Below are positions 1 through 235 of a stretch of 235 nt of DNA, piece after piece. The number at the start of each line of letters is the position of its first letter. Positions within the stretch are counted from its first letter, which is position 1. A program made the translations under genes and the position numbers. Below the pieces are notes generated by a model. It saw only the letters and a list, made by a program, of their open reading frames with translations. It had not been told where the DNA came from and ran no database searches. Origin of the DNA: Escherichia coli (GTDB lineage Bacteria > Pseudomonadota > Gammaproteobacteria > Enterobacterales > Enterobacteriaceae); NCBI RefSeq assembly GCF_003334385.1, contig NZ_QOWN01000225.1; one strand, written 5' to 3'.

Positions 1-6
1 GCAGAT

Positions 7-42
7 GCCTGATGCGACGCTAACGCGTCTTATCAGGCCTAC
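7..42 (+). repeat. REP palindromic unit, Z-like (GCCTGATGCG type), complete
   Basis: Direct: stem arm 7-20 GCCTGATGCGACGC pairs with arm 25-38 GCGTCTTATCAGGC (reverse complement GCCTGATAAGACGC) around loop 21-24 TAAC. The arms match except for the central dinucleotide (GC versus AA), the asymmetric mismatch typical of REPs. The unit ends with the conserved GGCCTAC head at 36-42. Confidence 0.88.
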
Positions 43-59
43 AAATTCCCGCGCCATCC

Positions 60-93
<34 letters not shown>

Positions 94-107
94 AGTCGTG
101 CGCAGAT

Positions 108-143
108 GCCTGATGCGACGCTAACGCGTCTTATCAGGCCTAC
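108..143 (+). repeat. REP palindromic unit, Z-like, second copy
   Basis: Direct: identical to 7-42 at all 36 positions, offset by 101 bp. Confidence 0.88.
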
Positions 144-160
144 AAATTCTCGCGCCACCC

Positions 161-194
161 GTAGGCCGGATAAGGCGTTCACGCCGCATCCGGC
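161..194 (-). repeat. REP palindromic unit, Y-like, second copy
   Basis: Direct: identical to 60-93 except one loop substitution (180 c versus 79 t; loop TTCA versus TTTA). Both stem arms are unchanged. Confidence 0.88.
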
Positions 195-208
195 AGTCGT
201 GCGCAGAT

Positions 209-235
209 GCCTGATGCGACGCTAACGCGTCTTAT
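209..235 (+). repeat. REP palindromic unit, Z-like, third copy, truncated by the window edge
   Basis: Direct: 209-235 gcctgatgcgacgctaacgcgtcttat matches the first 27 nt of 7-42 exactly; the remaining 9 nt would lie beyond position 235. Confidence 0.8.

Noticed and set aside
43-59. IHF-binding site in the linker (BIME-1 / RIP-type element)
   Set aside because: No match to the IHF core consensus WATCAANNNNTTR is visible in either linker (43-59 or 94-107) on either strand. The element looks like the BIME type without an IHF site, although my subtype assignment is tentative.

Overview
The whole 235-bp window is non-coding repetitive DNA of the enterobacterial REP/BIME class (repetitive extragenic palindromes, also called palindromic units or PUs, organised as a bacterial interspersed mosaic element). 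It holds about 2.3 tandem copies of a 101-bp unit (1-101, 102-202, 203-235 truncated by the window edge), with 98/101 identity between the two complete copies. Each unit carries two imperfect palindromes in opposite orientation: a GCCTGATGCG...CTTATCAGGCCTAC unit (Z-like) and a GTAGGCCGGATAAG...GCATCCGGC unit (Y-like, canonical on the minus strand), separated by 17-nt and 14-nt linkers. I see no credible protein-coding gene, tRNA/rRNA, CRISPR array or mobile-element gene, and no evidence of a novel biological system; the only ORFs are short read-throughs of the repeat. The most likely context is an intergenic region of an Escherichia/Shigella/Salmonella/Klebsiella-type chromosome, and the array probably extends beyond both window edges. 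All coordinates and mismatch counts were derived by hand from the sequence; family assignment rests on recalled consensus, not a database search.
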